A model generated the notes under the pieces. It was not told the DNA's origin. It did no database searches and was given only the letters and a program-made list of their open reading frames with translations. From a virus, in the IMG/VR virus record IMGVR_UViG_3300017963_000201, positions 80,960 through 144,959 of that record: a DNA stretch of 64,000 nucleotides. One strand, 5' to 3'. Every line of letters starts with the position of its first letter. Position 1 is the stretch's first letter. Below are positions 38,529-51,747 of the stretch, piece after piece. Both the position numbers and the translations under genes were made by a program.

Positions 38529-38776
38529 AATACTAACCTCGGCTTGTTGTCCTCTAGCACATATCTAGGTGCCAACGCAAATCCCGATTTATCTTTATTC
38601 GTAACCAATACATAAACAGTACCCTCAATACAAAGATCCGTCGTAATCATAAGATCCATATTCATGCTAGGATCTTCTTTATAATACCCAGCAAAGAGCA
38701 TACCTAACCAAAAAGTAGATCCTAGTATTCCTATAATACCCATGAATACCGAGATACCTTCTATTAGCTTTGTCAT
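38504..38776 (-). CDS. membrane-anchored paralog of the 38280 C-terminal domain
   Basis: CIEGTVYV...G....PRY...P..V.C vs CINGIVYL...G....PKY...P..V.C. Confidence 0.65.
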   Translation of the reverse strand: MTKLIEGISVFMGIIGILGSTFWLGMLFAGYYKEDPSMNMDLMITTDLCIEGTVYVLVTNKDKSGFALAPRYVLEDNKPRLVLCLEEDLH

Positions 38777-41700
38777 GGGTAAACCTAATCAGATTCTCCG
38801 GATTCGTCATATGTATCTAGATCTATTTTTGCGGACTCAGGATAACAATCAGGGCAGAGCATACCTTTGGGCATAGGAGTAACCCAAGGCCCCTCATTCC
38901 CACATTGCCAGCATGGGCTAATCGGAATCTTGCGGATAACTTCCGGTGGGCAATCGTACTGCCTAACTTGCTCAAATAGATCTTTAAGAGGTTTTGGTGG
39001 ATCAAACTTCTTCACAGGGATACCATCTTTTCCATACTTAGGATGATACTCAATTTCTGATAAGGCTTGATCCATCATTTCTTGGTCATTTTATATCACT
39101 AAGCTCCTTTTTAAACTTTTGTTCTTTTACGTAATCCTGCAAAAACCAGGAAAGTTCATAAATAACCTGATGACCTGTAGATTCTAAGTACCACTCAACC
39201 CCATTCAAAGAAAGATAATTCTCTCTCTGAGGTGTCTTCTTCCGGAAGCGCTCCCACCAAGTTTGATTAAATTCTAAGGTTATGGATATAAGTCCTTTGG
39301 CTTTTGTATATTCGATAACCCGGTACATCTTATGGCCCTTTCGACATAAGATAAATACACCGTTCGATCTATTAGTATCTGTTCTACCTCAAATTTAGTC
39401 AAATACAATCCTTTACTTTTCTCTACGGCATTTTGGAGTTTTTTTTGTTAATGTAGTCATATGGTCTAAGAATCCTGCATAACTTTATTAAATAAACTAC
39501 GAAGCTCGTTTACTTGATCCAGCATCTCTTTTGTATCCTCGTGGAACTGTAAGGCATCTGAAGCAAGTTTATCAATTAATGTTTCCATATCCTTTATCAA
39601 GACGCTTTTACTTATTTTAGGATATTCTGTTTCTAGTTTTTCCATGCTTATCCCCTTTTCAAAAAACAACACCAGACCAGGGTGCTTTATCTTCTGTCAA
39701 TGGTAACAGTTCTTCTTGGGTAGGTCTTCTAAGATCCCCACCCTGTAAATGCTCCCAATTTTCACTATCATCAACAACTTCTTTAGGATCATAACTTACC
39801 GTGTATACGTACAGACCATTAGGATTCTTCCCACCTTCTATGTTATGCAAATAGATAGATTCAAAAAACGCCTCCACATTAAGGGAACTCTCCCAAAGAG
39901 CATAAAACCCATATTCTGCATAAGGGATCTTATCGGGGTTATCTTCCCAACTATGATGGGAGCATGCAATGGGTAAACAATGATCGGAACCTATAATACC
40001 AGCAGGTCTACTAGAAACAAATCCTTTATGCACCGCAAACAATAATTGTTCCGTAATAATCATACAGATTCTCCTTGTAATAATTTAGGTTTTGCATGCC
40101 CATAAATCTTATCGTTCTCAGCAAGTTTTGTTTCTCTAAGATCAATAATACCCGATCCAAGAAACTTAGAATCTTCTAACACACAAAATTTATCTTCTAC
40201 AAGTAAAGACCACTCAGCAATACCCAACCGCTTTACTACCCAAGTGAGCTTACCATTTACGAACCATGCTAGATGATATTGTCCGTTTAAGTATGAGTCT
40301 ATAAAGTCTTGCGGGTGATGCCCCTCTCTTCTCCAATAAAACCTTCTTGCACAAGCAGGAAAAAGGCTCACACCTTTAATTTTGTGTGTCATGCCCGTTA
40401 CTAAATCTCTAATTGTACTAAATTGGTCTTTTTCCTCACAAGAGAAACTATCAAGATAAACTTCCATTATCCGTTCATCGTTATATTGTTTAGTTTCGAT
40501 TGCTTTTTTGAGCATTTGATCGTCTAGTAGACAGGCATAGTAATGAGCTTGTAACCTTTGTTTGCTATCCAAAGATTTATAATCTATATAAGAATTCTTA
40601 TTTGGAGTGTCAAAGTGTAAGGGTTTAAATTGATTATTAGTACACACCCGTACAGGAAATATATCACCATTCTTATTGATATGATCTTTCCGTTCTATAG
40701 GGAAGGTAAAAACTTTTTGTGCCTTTTCGAATTTAGGTTCATCGGGAAGAGTTTTTGTGTATTTACTAAACTCAACCAAAAATCTTGAATTTATATCTTG
40801 GGCTATTTCTTTCGCATATACTCTAGATATTATCCTGATAAGCTCTTCTAGCCCGTTCAAGGGACTAATACTTTCTTGTTTCCATGATAAGATCATTTCC
40901 CTCATTTTTTTAGTATCCATTATCTTTCCTTCATAGCTGTTTCTTGTAAAGCCTTAACCACGTCATACTTAGCATTCTTTATCTCACTTGCTACAATCCT
41001 AACAACTTGATCTTGGGATACTGGCTTTGGACCTTCCTCGTGCTTCCAATACTTATACAAAGTTTCGAATGCTTCTTTCTTAGTCTTATACGGGCCGAAT
41101 ACATGAGTATACTCTATGCTCCAGAAATACCAGCCGGGTTTATCGTACCCTGCAAGTTTCATATCGTCGTTCTGAGGATCTTCAAAATACCTCACAGGCA
41201 TCCTGGTATGAAACTCTACATAAGCTACTACTGCAGCTTCGGCAAAAGTTAAGTACTTCCACTGATCTTTAGACTTTATGTAAGAGATTGCACCCAAGAC
41301 AGTTATACTATTCTTACTATAATTATACCAATCCCGCCAAGGTAAATCTTCTTCGAGAATGTATCCTGCCACTGTCTGTACGGAATCGCTATCAGTTTCT
41401 AGACCACACGCTCTTGCTGAATCCAAGTAGCTCTTCATGGCTTTGTATTATCCAATTCTCTTTTCTGTTCTTTAGTTAATTTTTTCTTTTCTTCAGGGAT
41501 AAGTGACATAACCACTCTCTCCATCTCTTCTATAGACACAAGCATCTCAGACATAGCATTGGTAACCTTATCCCAATCCTTTTGCATTTTCTTTAGCTCT
41601 CCGGAAGCAAACTCAGAAGATGTTATTAATGACTTGGCATATAGCCTAAGCTCGTTCAAATGACCTTTCAAGGTTCTAGCTACGGATTGGGTAGACATTT

Positions 41701-43597
41701 ATCTATACCTATAGTTCGATTTAGTAATTAATTCCCATATTACTTTCCTTAGTGTTTGTATCACAGACTCTATTACATTATCTGTGGCTAACCAAAAATT
41801 ACTTAATAACTTATCACAGACAGATCTTAATGAGTTACGTGGGTACAATTGTTTAAATAGACCATCCGCAGCCATCTTTTTATCAAGGGACTTCATCTTC
41901 GTCCCTCACAATATGCTTTTTCCCACAGACCCAACCCTCATCATAATCTACAGGTTCACCCGGATCGACCATAACCGCACTGCTAGAAACGTCTGACCAA
42001 TTCATATTACCTTCGGCCCACTCTTTAATCTCATCCTTATTAGATTCAAATAGCTCCGTAGTTTCTTTCAGAGCTTTATCAAAACTTATATTATCCCTCT
42101 CGGCGTAATACTCTGCTCTGTCATTCGCAATAACTTCAACAGGAATCTTCCAGGTTGATCCATCCAACATCTTTACGTGCAAATACCAATTTTTCATAGC
42201 CGCTCCTCGATTTCGTTTAATACACGCTTTAGCTTTCCTGCCAAAGCCTCCAAACCTTCCTTGCATGCCTTATCAGGATCCCTCCCACTTAGTTTATAGG
42301 AATCCACATTCAAACCTTTAACATGCATCCATAAACCATCATAATCCTCATCTATAGTAAAATATACCCTACCCAGATTAATATTCACCACGGTCTTATC
42401 TGCCAAAAACTCACTACAATTCTTATTCCCCATAGTCTTTCCTTTAAGGCACTCAGTATAGCCACCTGGATCGTCTTTTCCTAATGCATCGTAATAAAGA
42501 AAGCGACATTTACAGCAAGGCTCTAGAGTATTCATTGTATATGACCTGTACCTAATCTTTCAATAATAAGTGCATCGGGAAATACTTTACTTACTTCCTG
42601 AGCATCCTTACAGATGATATAAATTATACCCAGGTCAGCTTTTACGTACTTATCATTAATAACCACGGTATCATGCAACACATTGGTGCATTCCAATTTT
42701 ACCCTATAACAGTAAACCATTATACGTCCTTTTTCTTACCAAACCCGGTACGTTCTGCTAAAATTGCAATCCCATCCTTATACGAATCGTCTCTCCAGCC
42801 CAGAATCTCTCTTAGGCACTTCAAAGCAAAGCTATCCTTACCAAACCCTGCCTGAACCGCAAGGAATGATTCTCTGAGCCTCTGAACGGCCCCTGCCGCG
42901 CATTCTACCGCTTGTAGCATCTGGGATTGCTCCCATGCTTCCCAGTGCTCTACTCTTTTAGTGGCTTCAGATGGGGGATTATTAATATTATAATACTTAG
43001 CAAAAACTGACGCCCAAACCAATTGTTCTCCGAGTGTCATAGCCCAATCAACCTATCCTCATCCCACGTAGGGATTCAGTTTCGTATTTGTTTCTTTCAG
43101 CAAGCTTACAAGCCAAACATCTTAAAAGCCAACTATCCTTCTCTTCTAACGCTATGGGTTGTCCTCGGTTATCTTTAGCATGGAATATCTGGCAGTAGTA
43201 AAGAGTACCGAATTTGTTAGTTCTTAGAAAAACACAAAACTTACCTGGTTCACTCGCGCAGGTATTTTCACCGCAATTTATCTCCAGCCTTATAATTTTC
43301 ACACTCATGGATCATGCCATCCTCTTCTTGTAATCTCCAATTAGGCTTTCCTCTACTACCAAGATTATACCAAGACAAACCCCCCTTCCCACAGTACTTA
43401 CACTTTAGTGTACCTTCGTATCCTCAATCATGCCATTATCATTTACCCAATCGGCCATATCTCCCATGGCATTCTCCTTAGCTTTTCTACGTGCTCTTTT
43501 CTTACTAACATTATACTGCAAGCAAATCCCGCATTCATTGTGGGGGTGTATCTTATGAGTTCATTTTTCTAATCCGTAGGTTTTCATGGCATACCAA

Positions 43598-43663
43598 TAA
43601 AAAGTGGGGAGCGCTTCTTTAGGTCAACATAGGGGGTAGTTAACTTTTCCGGTCGCTCCCCAC
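43598..43663 (-). terminator. long-loop hairpin with U tract
   Basis: GTGGGGAGCG/CGCTCCCCAC perfect 10-bp stem, 40-nt loop, T-run on minus strand. Confidence 0.55.
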
Positions 43664-45213
43664 CCAATCTTGTAACAGATTTGGCAGGTTCAAAACTATT
43701 ACAAAATATTCGCAATGTGTCAGAGTCAATCCAAGGGGGACTCCTTTCTTTGCGCCTGCTAGTTAATATGCAAATAGGGTTCTCATAGATATTATCTCTT
43801 GGGGGTTCAGTTAACTATATTAAAAGTATTAATAACAGCATCGGTAATTAAATAACAAATTGGCTCCATCGAACCTAGCTTACCCTTTTCCCACTGGGAA
43901 CTACGTGCAGGAACATACCAATTATTAAGATAAGGATGATAGAATGGTCGCGCCACAATTAAATGAATGCACGTAATCTTTGATACCCTAACCATTAGAA
44001 TAACCCCAGGCTTCGGTATAAATTCTGTCTCTATATATTAAGAACATTAAAATGTAAGGTTAGCTCAAGCATTCGGCCCTTTCAAAACCTTCCACGCTTT
44101 AAGTAATCTCGAAACCATAGGTGGGGTATCAGGAAGCAATACCCACCTACCATCTTGAAAATCAATCGTTGTCTCGGCAATGATGGCTAATAATTGTGGG
44201 GGACAGTTATGAGCAAGCTCTTCTAATGTGTTTGCCTTATCTTGGTACTCTTGTGCTTTCTCTCTGTACTCTCGGGCAAGATTTAGGATTTGCTCAATCT
44301 GTGTTGGTTGTTGTTCTTCTTCTTTGGTCTTTTCTTCTGTCTCCAAGTCTTTCCCATTCATCGAGCTTGCTCCTTATCTTTTCCTTAGCTTCTTTAGTTT
44401 TTGTCGTCACTGTGTCTACTAGCATTATACCACTCATTACCTTATCAAACAGTGCCTCATGAATTCTTAATCTTTCCCCTATAAGATAAAGATGGTCAGC
44501 AACGATCTCTAGCTTATTCTCGTCCTCTTCCAAGGCCCCATCGTAACGATCCTGTAGCCTATCCAGGATAACATCAAAGGACTCTCGGAGCTTGTGCATA
44601 CTTGAGCGCCAATCATTATAGACCTGCGTCTCAAACCACTTTTGGTATTGTTTAAAATGCACATGGAAAAGAGATTTGATCAAAAGCATAACTAGGAGCA
44701 TCCATACGGCTGAAACCACAAGTACCATCTTGAACAAGGGCAGTAACCCAATAGTGACTTGTTGGCCTGTAATGTAATAGTAGTCTTGTGGATTCATACC
44801 TAATATTATATCTAGGTTTTACTATCTTATTAAATTATTATCCCTAACCGCCTTCCGACTAACTCAATAATAGCTTGATCTACTTCTTTAGCATATCTCA
44901 ATGCCTCTTGTTGGCTTTCCAAATCTTTCAAGAAATACCCAGACCGCCCAGAATTAGGCGAGGGCATTAATTCAACCAACCAAGGCTTATCTAAATTACT
45001 CATAGGAATGTCATAGCGTACTTGAACAAACACAAGATTATTTTTATCTATTGGTTTCATTACCCATGTGTCTTTGTATAGGCACAGCGTAAGCATTGGA
45101 AAAGCTAACACCAGGAAGATTAAGAACCATACCCAAGACTTTTACTAGGTATGATCCTAATGCGGCATACATGGTATCATAAACCCCAACCTTACAATAC
45201 GCTCTACCCCAAA

Positions 45214-45570
45214 CTATTTCTCGCATTCTATACCCCATGCCTCACAGAGTTTTCTGATTACTACCTCAAGCTTGACTACCTTATCATAGGTTGCTTCTTG
45301 TAGGTCTCGTTCATAGTCTAGCATTTGATTAGCTACCCTATCCCAGGCTTCATCCTTGGTAGCTTGATCTCTTTCCTTTATTCTTTGGAAGTACCTAGCA
45401 CATGCTGCCCCGGTTACGATAACATCAGGTAAAAGTTTTCCGGCTACCGCGTCCCACCAATTCTTTTTCGAGTAACCTTGATTAGTATAGTGCTCCATAA
45501 GAGGCATACACTCTTCAATAGCTTTGATTAATCTTTGCTCATCCTCTTCTGTCCACTTATGACTCTTCAT
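45214..45570 (-). CDS. Myb/RsfA-like HTH regulator
   Basis: WTEEDEQRL...W..VA.KL.....T..AC...F pattern followed by coiled coil. Confidence 0.55.
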   Translation of the reverse strand: MKSHKWTEEDEQRLIKAIEECMPLMEHYTNQGYSKKNWWDAVAGKLLPDVIVTGAACARYFQRIKERDQATKDEAWDRVANQMLDYERDLQEATYDKVVKLEVVIRKLCEAWGIECEK

Positions 45571-47253
45571 TGGTCATACCCCACTGGTACATGGCTCTTT
45601 TAATTAACTTATCTTTCTCTTCTACGGTTTTTTTATCAAGTACCGCTTCTAGAATTGTCTTTACGGATTCTTTAAGAGATTTAATCTTAAGATCATTTTC
45701 GTTGTGTGTCGCATCCGCAAGCATGGCAATACTTATAGGGATGGCCCTCATATATGTCGCTGGGTGATCCAGAAGCATATCTCTTATTGACCTTTCATAC
45801 TTGTCCATTACGACTCTTTCCTATATTTAGTAAGCGGTAATTACCTACCCTCCAGTGATCCAACCAAAGAACCTTTTTCTTGCACCCATTACAAATTAAC
45901 CAAGTACCTTGTTTATCTCTATAGATTGACATTTACATATGCCCCCTCGTAGCTTTCCTTGGATATCTACTGCCCAGGTATTGGTAAGAGTCTGAAGTAA
46001 AGGTATCCTCGGAATAATGCGTGTAGCTTCATCCATGGAATCATACAGAAAACAAGAATACTCATCAATTCTCTCTATTAAACTTTTCATTCCTCAAACT
46101 CAACTCTATTGTCATGCCCACCTTACTAAAACTAGCTAATAGGTACTGAGGATTCATAAAGCACTCTAATATCAGTAATCTTTTGTAAATATTGCCCACC
46201 TCGTCTGGTATCGTAATCTTTTTCAAACAATAACTCCTACATCAATGGGTAATTTAGGTTGTAATAAAGAATCCACCATCCTTGATTGTTTAAAACATAG
46301 ACAGGTAACCAAGCAGGTTTCATTTAGCTATATCCTTTCGGAGTCTTTGATCTATTAGTAACCTACCCAAAAGCATATTATCTTTATTTAGTGACTCAAT
46401 ACCCTTGGGTGAACAATAACGATCTTTCATAAGATTTAACTGTACAAGAAGTAATCTGTGATTAATTGCTATCATTCTCTAAACTCTTATCCACTTCAAT
46501 TCTAAATTTGGCATACCATCTACCATCACTAGTTGGTTGCAAAGGTACTATAGGTTTAATCGAAAAAAGAAATCCGTACTTTTCAATAACCCACTTCCTT
46601 AAGTTATCCAATGCCTCTATTCTATCGCTTCCTCGTACTTTGACTTCAAGCTCTTCCAAAGGGATTCTCCCATTATATGTTGATTTACACGCCACAAAAA
46701 ATGGGGATAACAGTAGCCTTTACCCATGAGGACACGAAAATATAATTTGCTTATATATATATATTATTTAATTTCTTCATTTTTGTTCCACGTGGAACAT
46801 TGATCCACTTCCTCAACACTTATCTTGACTTCTTCACGACTAATAATTAACTCACACATGTATTTCTCTGTCCCATTGCTCTCTGAAACTATCTTTGCCC
46901 CTATAACTTCTGGCTTTACATTAAATGTTAATCTTTTTTTATCATCCCCTGTGGCATCTTGCAACATTATAGATGTCAAAAATGGAACATTAACTATTAA
47001 GTTTTGATCCATTTCCTCTAGGATATAAATTAATTCTTTGATAGTCATTCTTCATTACCATCATTAATAATTACAGTATGCATAAACTTACCTAATGCAT
47101 GCTCAAGAAAAAAAGTAACAGGACCTATCCCCAAATCCCCAGTTGTCGGTGCTTTATCTTCGTAAGGTATACTCTTATTCAAAGCCCATACCAAGCAATC
47201 AAAAATATGGTAGGACATAAGCCTAATAATACTTTTCACCCAAAATCCCCAAT

Positions 47254-47775
47254 CTATAGACTGTCTTTCTTCACAGTATTAAGTAACTCCCTAACCCTTG
47301 CGATCTCTTTATCATCATGGACTACCCCACCCGAGTTAATATCTAGGTACCACTGCAATACATCTTTGTAATGGTTCAGATCATTTACATAGAACAGAAA
47401 ATCATGCCTATGTAATCGCAGTGTTCCTTGGTACTCATTTCTATAATAACCAAATGCTTTGACTTCGTTGTTCAAAAACCTTCTTACGGCTGTTAGCCTT
47501 TGCAAACCATCAACCAACAACATAGGACCCTTAAAATCCCCCATCCACCCAGGGCAATTGAAAAGTATATCCCGCCCAGTTCTGCCCCCTCTTAAAATCC
47601 ACTCAACATATCTAGACCTTTGGGTATCATTCCAAACAGGACCCCTTTGGAATTCCGGCTCTAAATTTAGATTGTACGTATTGTAGCTGTCTAGCATGTC
47701 CTCTACGTAATCCCAAGATACATTGACGTAGTAATTAGCATACGTTATCTGTTTTATATCGGCAAAATTAGGCAT
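47254..47775 (-). CDS. DUF262 (ParB-like/GmrS-like) domain protein
   Basis: LNLEPEFQRGPVW...Q...VE.IL.G and LVDGLQRLTA. Confidence 0.85.
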   Translation of the reverse strand: MPNFADIKQITYANYYVNVSWDYVEDMLDSYNTYNLNLEPEFQRGPVWNDTQRSRYVEWILRGGRTGRDILFNCPGWMGDFKGPMLLVDGLQRLTAVRRFLNNEVKAFGYYRNEYQGTLRLHRHDFLFYVNDLNHYKDVLQWYLDINSGGVVHDDKEIARVRELLNTVKKDSL

Positions 47776-47985
47776 AAAATTTTCCTACACCTGAGAATGT
47801 TCCAATACCCATTGGGTAGCACCCTCTACTAACCCACAATAATTAAAAAAGACACCGCTCCGAAATTCTATCGTCACAAAACGATACATATTCGTACTTA
47901 AGAAATCCCTCTGGGACATAATCATGAGATTGAATTTTACAGTTTTCATCATAACACACGAGATAAAGATGCACCCCAGAATTCC

Positions 47986-48183
47986 TTAATCGGTCTTCTC
48001 CAGCAGTATACATCGGGTAGCCCTATTCTGGATATATTTAAAATTAACATTAATTTCTTTTCCCGTAGCTCTTACAAGAACCCTGTAGCCATCATCTGTT
48101 TCTTACCTTATCTCAATAATATTACAGGATGGAGTTAAAAAGAGATCCCCAGGTTTTACGTTATATAAATAGTTCTTTGGCAT
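47986..48183 (-). pseudogene. small SH3-like ORF with in-frame TAA at 48103
   Basis: MPKNYLYNVKPGDLFLTPSCNIIEIR*ETDDGYRVLVRATG... one frame, 66 codons. Confidence 0.55.
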
Positions 48184-48622
48184 ACTGCGTACCCCACACT
48201 CTATTAATTCTTCTATCTTTCTCATGATAAGGGATCTTTCGTCGGCAGACTATGACATTGCTCTTGCTCCACAATTACAACAGCATCAAGCATAGTATCC
48301 CTATCATTATACATACCCAGCCGTAGGAAATCTATGGTGCCCCTTTCAAGCACCTGTGTGCATCGCACCATAAGATTCCCATATCTACCATTTTGCACTG
48401 CTTTTACTTTTATCATTTTTAATCTAAAGTCCAATAGTAAAAATAGTCTTCATGTTCTAAAACCGCTTCGGTATAGACTTCTACAGCATGACAAACGCTA
48501 ACAGAGGATCTATGTATATTATTTAGCAATAGCCTACTAATCATACACTGATCATGATTTTTGATCTCGAAATCCTGCTGCATACTAAATAATCTTTCAG
48601 CTATCGATACCAATCTCTTAAC

Positions 48623-49105
48623 CTAATCTGGTATTTGTAGCGCACGCCACTTAGCCGCATACCTTATATGTTCACCATACTCTTTTATTTGCTCAGGAGT
48701 ATAGTCATACTTTTTGCCTATCTCTTCGTAATTCCCCAACCAAAAATCGATATCATGAGATACACATCCAATTAAACAAATTTTCCCACAAAGTACCAGC
48801 CTATCCCGTGTACCTTGAATCAGGAATATACCTTGGGCATTCCCAAGATTTGCATACAAAATATTAGCATTCTCAAGATCGGCATTCTCAAGATGGGCAT
48901 ACCCAAGATTGGCATCCTCAAGATTGGCATCCTCAAGATTGGCATACCTAAGATTTGCATTTATAAGATTTGCATTTATAAGATGGGCATACCCAAGATT
49001 GGCACCCCAAAGATTGGCATTCTCAAGATTGGCATTTGACAAACTAACACGCTCCCCCAAAAACCACTTTTTAAGCAGTTCCAAACTTTCTTCTTTTGTT
49101 TTCAA
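48623..49105 (-). CDS. pentapeptide-repeat protein
   Basis: About 13 A(N/H/D)Lxx repeats (15-bp period) plus C-terminal IGC..H....W domain. Confidence 0.92.
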   Translation of the reverse strand: MKTKEESLELLKKWFLGERVSLSNANLENANLWGANLGYAHLINANLINANLRYANLEDANLEDANLGYAHLENADLENANILYANLGNAQGIFLIQGTRDRLVLCGKICLIGCVSHDIDFWLGNYEEIGKKYDYTPEQIKEYGEHIRYAAKWRALQIPD

Positions 49106-49148
49106 TAGGTGTTACCTTTTTATACTAGTTTTCGAACTACCCTAAACA

Positions 49149-50138
49149 TTAACTTCTAATCCCAGGCTCGAATCGCTCTTCCGAGATATCCCAAGTCCAA
49201 GCTACGGCTTCTTTAGCTGTCTTCATCTCAGGAGGTACTCTTAGAAAATAAATCTTTCTTGTACCATCCAGCTCTATACTTTGATTAAATACTTGGACCA
49301 TAACCAAGGGCTCATCGTTTGGTATCTCTTTTCTCCAAAGAATCCCATACTCGTCTTCATTGATTTTAGTTGGATTAGCCTTTTGAATATAATTTTCGAG
49401 CCCCATTTGTTCCATTTTGATTCTTCGAATCTCAGCATTTTGTTCTTGCTCAATATCTTGGACTGTGATATTTTCTGGGTGTTCAATAATTCTACCTTCG
49501 ACTAATATCCCATGGTAGGCGTAAACTTTCCAACCATCCCGAAATAACACTGCAGGACCTTTAGCGTTATGTAACCTATAACGCTTTTCCCGTTCCTCTT
49601 CCCAATGAATCTCTTTAGGTCGTTCACACACAATGCAGGCTTTGTCATACGCCCACCACCAACCACAGGACTTAGCTATCTCTGACCAAAGATGCAATTG
49701 CTCAGATTCATCCGTTTTGTACTTTACGTTAAGATATTTCTCTGGAAACTCATAAAAAGCTACCCAATAGCTCTCCTGTTGTCCCCAAAGATAAGTAGCA
49801 TGGTATTGGTATTTTAATCCATACGCAACCTCTTTAGATACCTTATTACCAAGCAAAGGCAATACCCGATCTATATAAGGCTTAAACCAATCCTTAGTTT
49901 GGCTGCGCTCAACTTGATCCCCATCAGCATAATGCAAAAGAGTAATCAAGACACAAGCCTCTGCAGGAGAGTCTACCCAGTAAAAAGGTGGACAACTTAT
50001 GTTTAATCTTTCGTAAAGCTGTCTTATATTTTTTTCTGCTCTAGGTCTTTCGGCAGGATCGGTACAGGAACCAATCTCGAACCACTCTTCTCTAAATTTT
50101 TCTAATTGTTTAAGTTGTTCCGGTGTCAAGTTATTCAT
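49149..50138 (-). CDS. DUF6745-like protein
   Basis: CGWWWAY...CIVCERP, RLHN..GPAV.FRDGW..YA.HG, I..E.NAEIRR, YFLRVPP...TA.EAVAWT. Confidence 0.8.
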   Translation of the reverse strand: MNNLTPEQLKQLEKFREEWFEIGSCTDPAERPRAEKNIRQLYERLNISCPPFYWVDSPAEACVLITLLHYADGDQVERSQTKDWFKPYIDRVLPLLGNKVSKEVAYGLKYQYHATYLWGQQESYWVAFYEFPEKYLNVKYKTDESEQLHLWSEIAKSCGWWWAYDKACIVCERPKEIHWEEEREKRYRLHNAKGPAVLFRDGWKVYAYHGILVEGRIIEHPENITVQDIEQEQNAEIRRIKMEQMGLENYIQKANPTKINEDEYGILWRKEIPNDEPLVMVQVFNQSIELDGTRKIYFLRVPPEMKTAKEAVAWTWDISEERFEPGIRS

Positions 50139-50324
50139 TACTTACCCTCACTGTGTAAAGTATCCACTAAATACCTTATTTGTTTATCTTGGCGATCTAT
50201 TATAGCTTCTAGTTCTTTGATCCTATCCTCATACCAATTCGTAGTCGGATCTTTGCACCTTTCGCACTTATTCAACCACACCCTGGCAGTATTCCCACAA
50301 GATTCACACTTCAATAGGGCTGAA

Positions 50325-50636
50325 TCAGTCTTGTACGTACTTAATCTCTTCTGGAGTATACTCTCTTTGTCTTTTGACAACGTAGGTACCTTCCTTCAAC
50401 GGGATATTATCATGCTCCTCATGCATAAGCTCTGTAGCTTTCTTTACAACAAGCAGCATTCCAATAGTACCAAGATACAAAGCAGCATGCTTGGAATCAA
50501 CAGCATGTGCGTGCCCCGTTACTTCACCCTCAATTAAGATTAATCTTCCTTGGGGATCTGGCTTCACTTCTTTCATACCCATAAAGTTAGAAACATTAAC
50601 CTTTTCTAGATACACATCGCCTTGGGTTATTTGCAT
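50325..50636 (-). CDS. His-rich beta-barrel partner of DUF6745-like protein
   Basis: QGDV, L.EGEVTGHAH, L.HEEH..I.L..G.Y.V.RQREY. Confidence 0.75.
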   Translation of the reverse strand: MQITQGDVYLEKVNVSNFMGMKEVKPDPQGRLILIEGEVTGHAHAVDSKHAALYLGTIGMLLVVKKATELMHEEHDNIPLKEGTYVVKRQREYTPEEIKYVQD

Positions 50637-50638
50637 TA

Positions 50639-51241
50639 CTATCTCTCCTGTTTATTAAGATAATCAGCTACACTATCTAGATCGTAAAAAACTTTAGCCC
50701 CGTTATTCTTTATTAGGTCTGCGACAGCTTGCAGACTAATAACTTGAGATCTAGTAAACTCATCACTTCTATCAATTCGAAGATAACAAAATATTGTCTT
50801 ATGAGGGAATTTGTTAGAGCTGTCCACAACTTCAGCGATGGAATACACCCCTTGCATTTTGGGCGTAATCACGAACAAGTGATAATCACATTCCTGCTTC
50901 TGTCTTTCTTCCTCCTGCCTTGCTTTGTCATCCCAATTATCCACTACAGGATCAAAAAAATTAATCTTTAATTTGTCTTTTATAATAGCTCGCCAGTCAG
51001 ATCCGTTACACGTCCCACCGAGAAATACCTTATTTTCTGGTTTTTCTAAAATACTTTGTAGCTCAAAATAGTAAAAACTATACTTGCAATGATCACAGGT
51101 AATCTTACCGTTTTTGAGCCAATTCTCTATGGGAAGATTTTTCTTACACTTAGGGCACTTCCAGCATTTACTACATACTTTTGGTCCGTGCCTTACAGGA
51201 GAAAACACACCATCACATATAACACAATTAATCAAATCCAA
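50639..51241 (-). CDS. nucleoside 2-deoxyribosyltransferase-like domain with N-terminal Zn ribbons
   Basis: KVFLGGTC..S.WR, FFDPVV..W, E, FVITP.M.GVYSIAE. Confidence 0.75.
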   Translation of the reverse strand: MDLINCVICDGVFSPVRHGPKVCSKCWKCPKCKKNLPIENWLKNGKITCDHCKYSFYYFELQSILEKPENKVFLGGTCNGSDWRAIIKDKLKINFFDPVVDNWDDKARQEEERQKQECDYHLFVITPKMQGVYSIAEVVDSSNKFPHKTIFCYLRIDRSDEFTRSQVISLQAVADLIKNNGAKVFYDLDSVADYLNKQER

Positions 51242-51747
51242 CCTTCTTTCTTTAATGCTTCAAGGATATCTTTTGCTTCTGGGTTATCTTTTAATAACTC
51301 ACTTAGCTTTCTTAGATACTCTCTTTGAAGCGCAATTGTCTTTCGCAAATCTTCTAGGACCATTCTTAGAAATGGGGCATCGTAATCCAATCTGACATTT
51401 ATTATACACAATATCCTCAACACACTTTTTAGCTGCAGTTAACGATCTAAACTTATTAATTGTATAGCAACCCCCATATATATCTTTTCCCAAAATGTCC
51501 GTAACATACCAAACTTTTTTATTGTATAATTTGGTGACACTGCCTAGATTAAACTCATAAGATTCACCGAAAATGTTATCCACGCACCCAACTAAAGAAT
51601 AATAGATCTTCCGGTTACGCCAACCAACTTTCATAGACTACACCTAACTAACTAATCCCTTTTATCTCAATGTGTTAGCGGCAAAATCAGGTAACCTTAG
51701 CAAACAAACATAAGGTTGGCAAGAAAATAATAATGCAATAATTTTAG

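Larger units (their letters stand above)
39086..47239 (-). other. dense run of small hypothetical accessory ORFs
   Basis: More than 20 co-oriented short ORFs with overlapping start/stop codons and few recognisable motifs. Confidence 0.75.

Noticed and set aside
46133-46323. Possible fourth TAG read-through (…YPLM*ELLFEK…)
   Set aside because: An alternative overlapping frame with its own AGGAG RBS explains the downstream sequence equally well.
48830-49040. 15-bp periodic repeat as CRISPR/VNTR/DGR element
   Set aside because: Fully explained by pentapeptide-repeat coding; no spacers, no reverse transcriptase.
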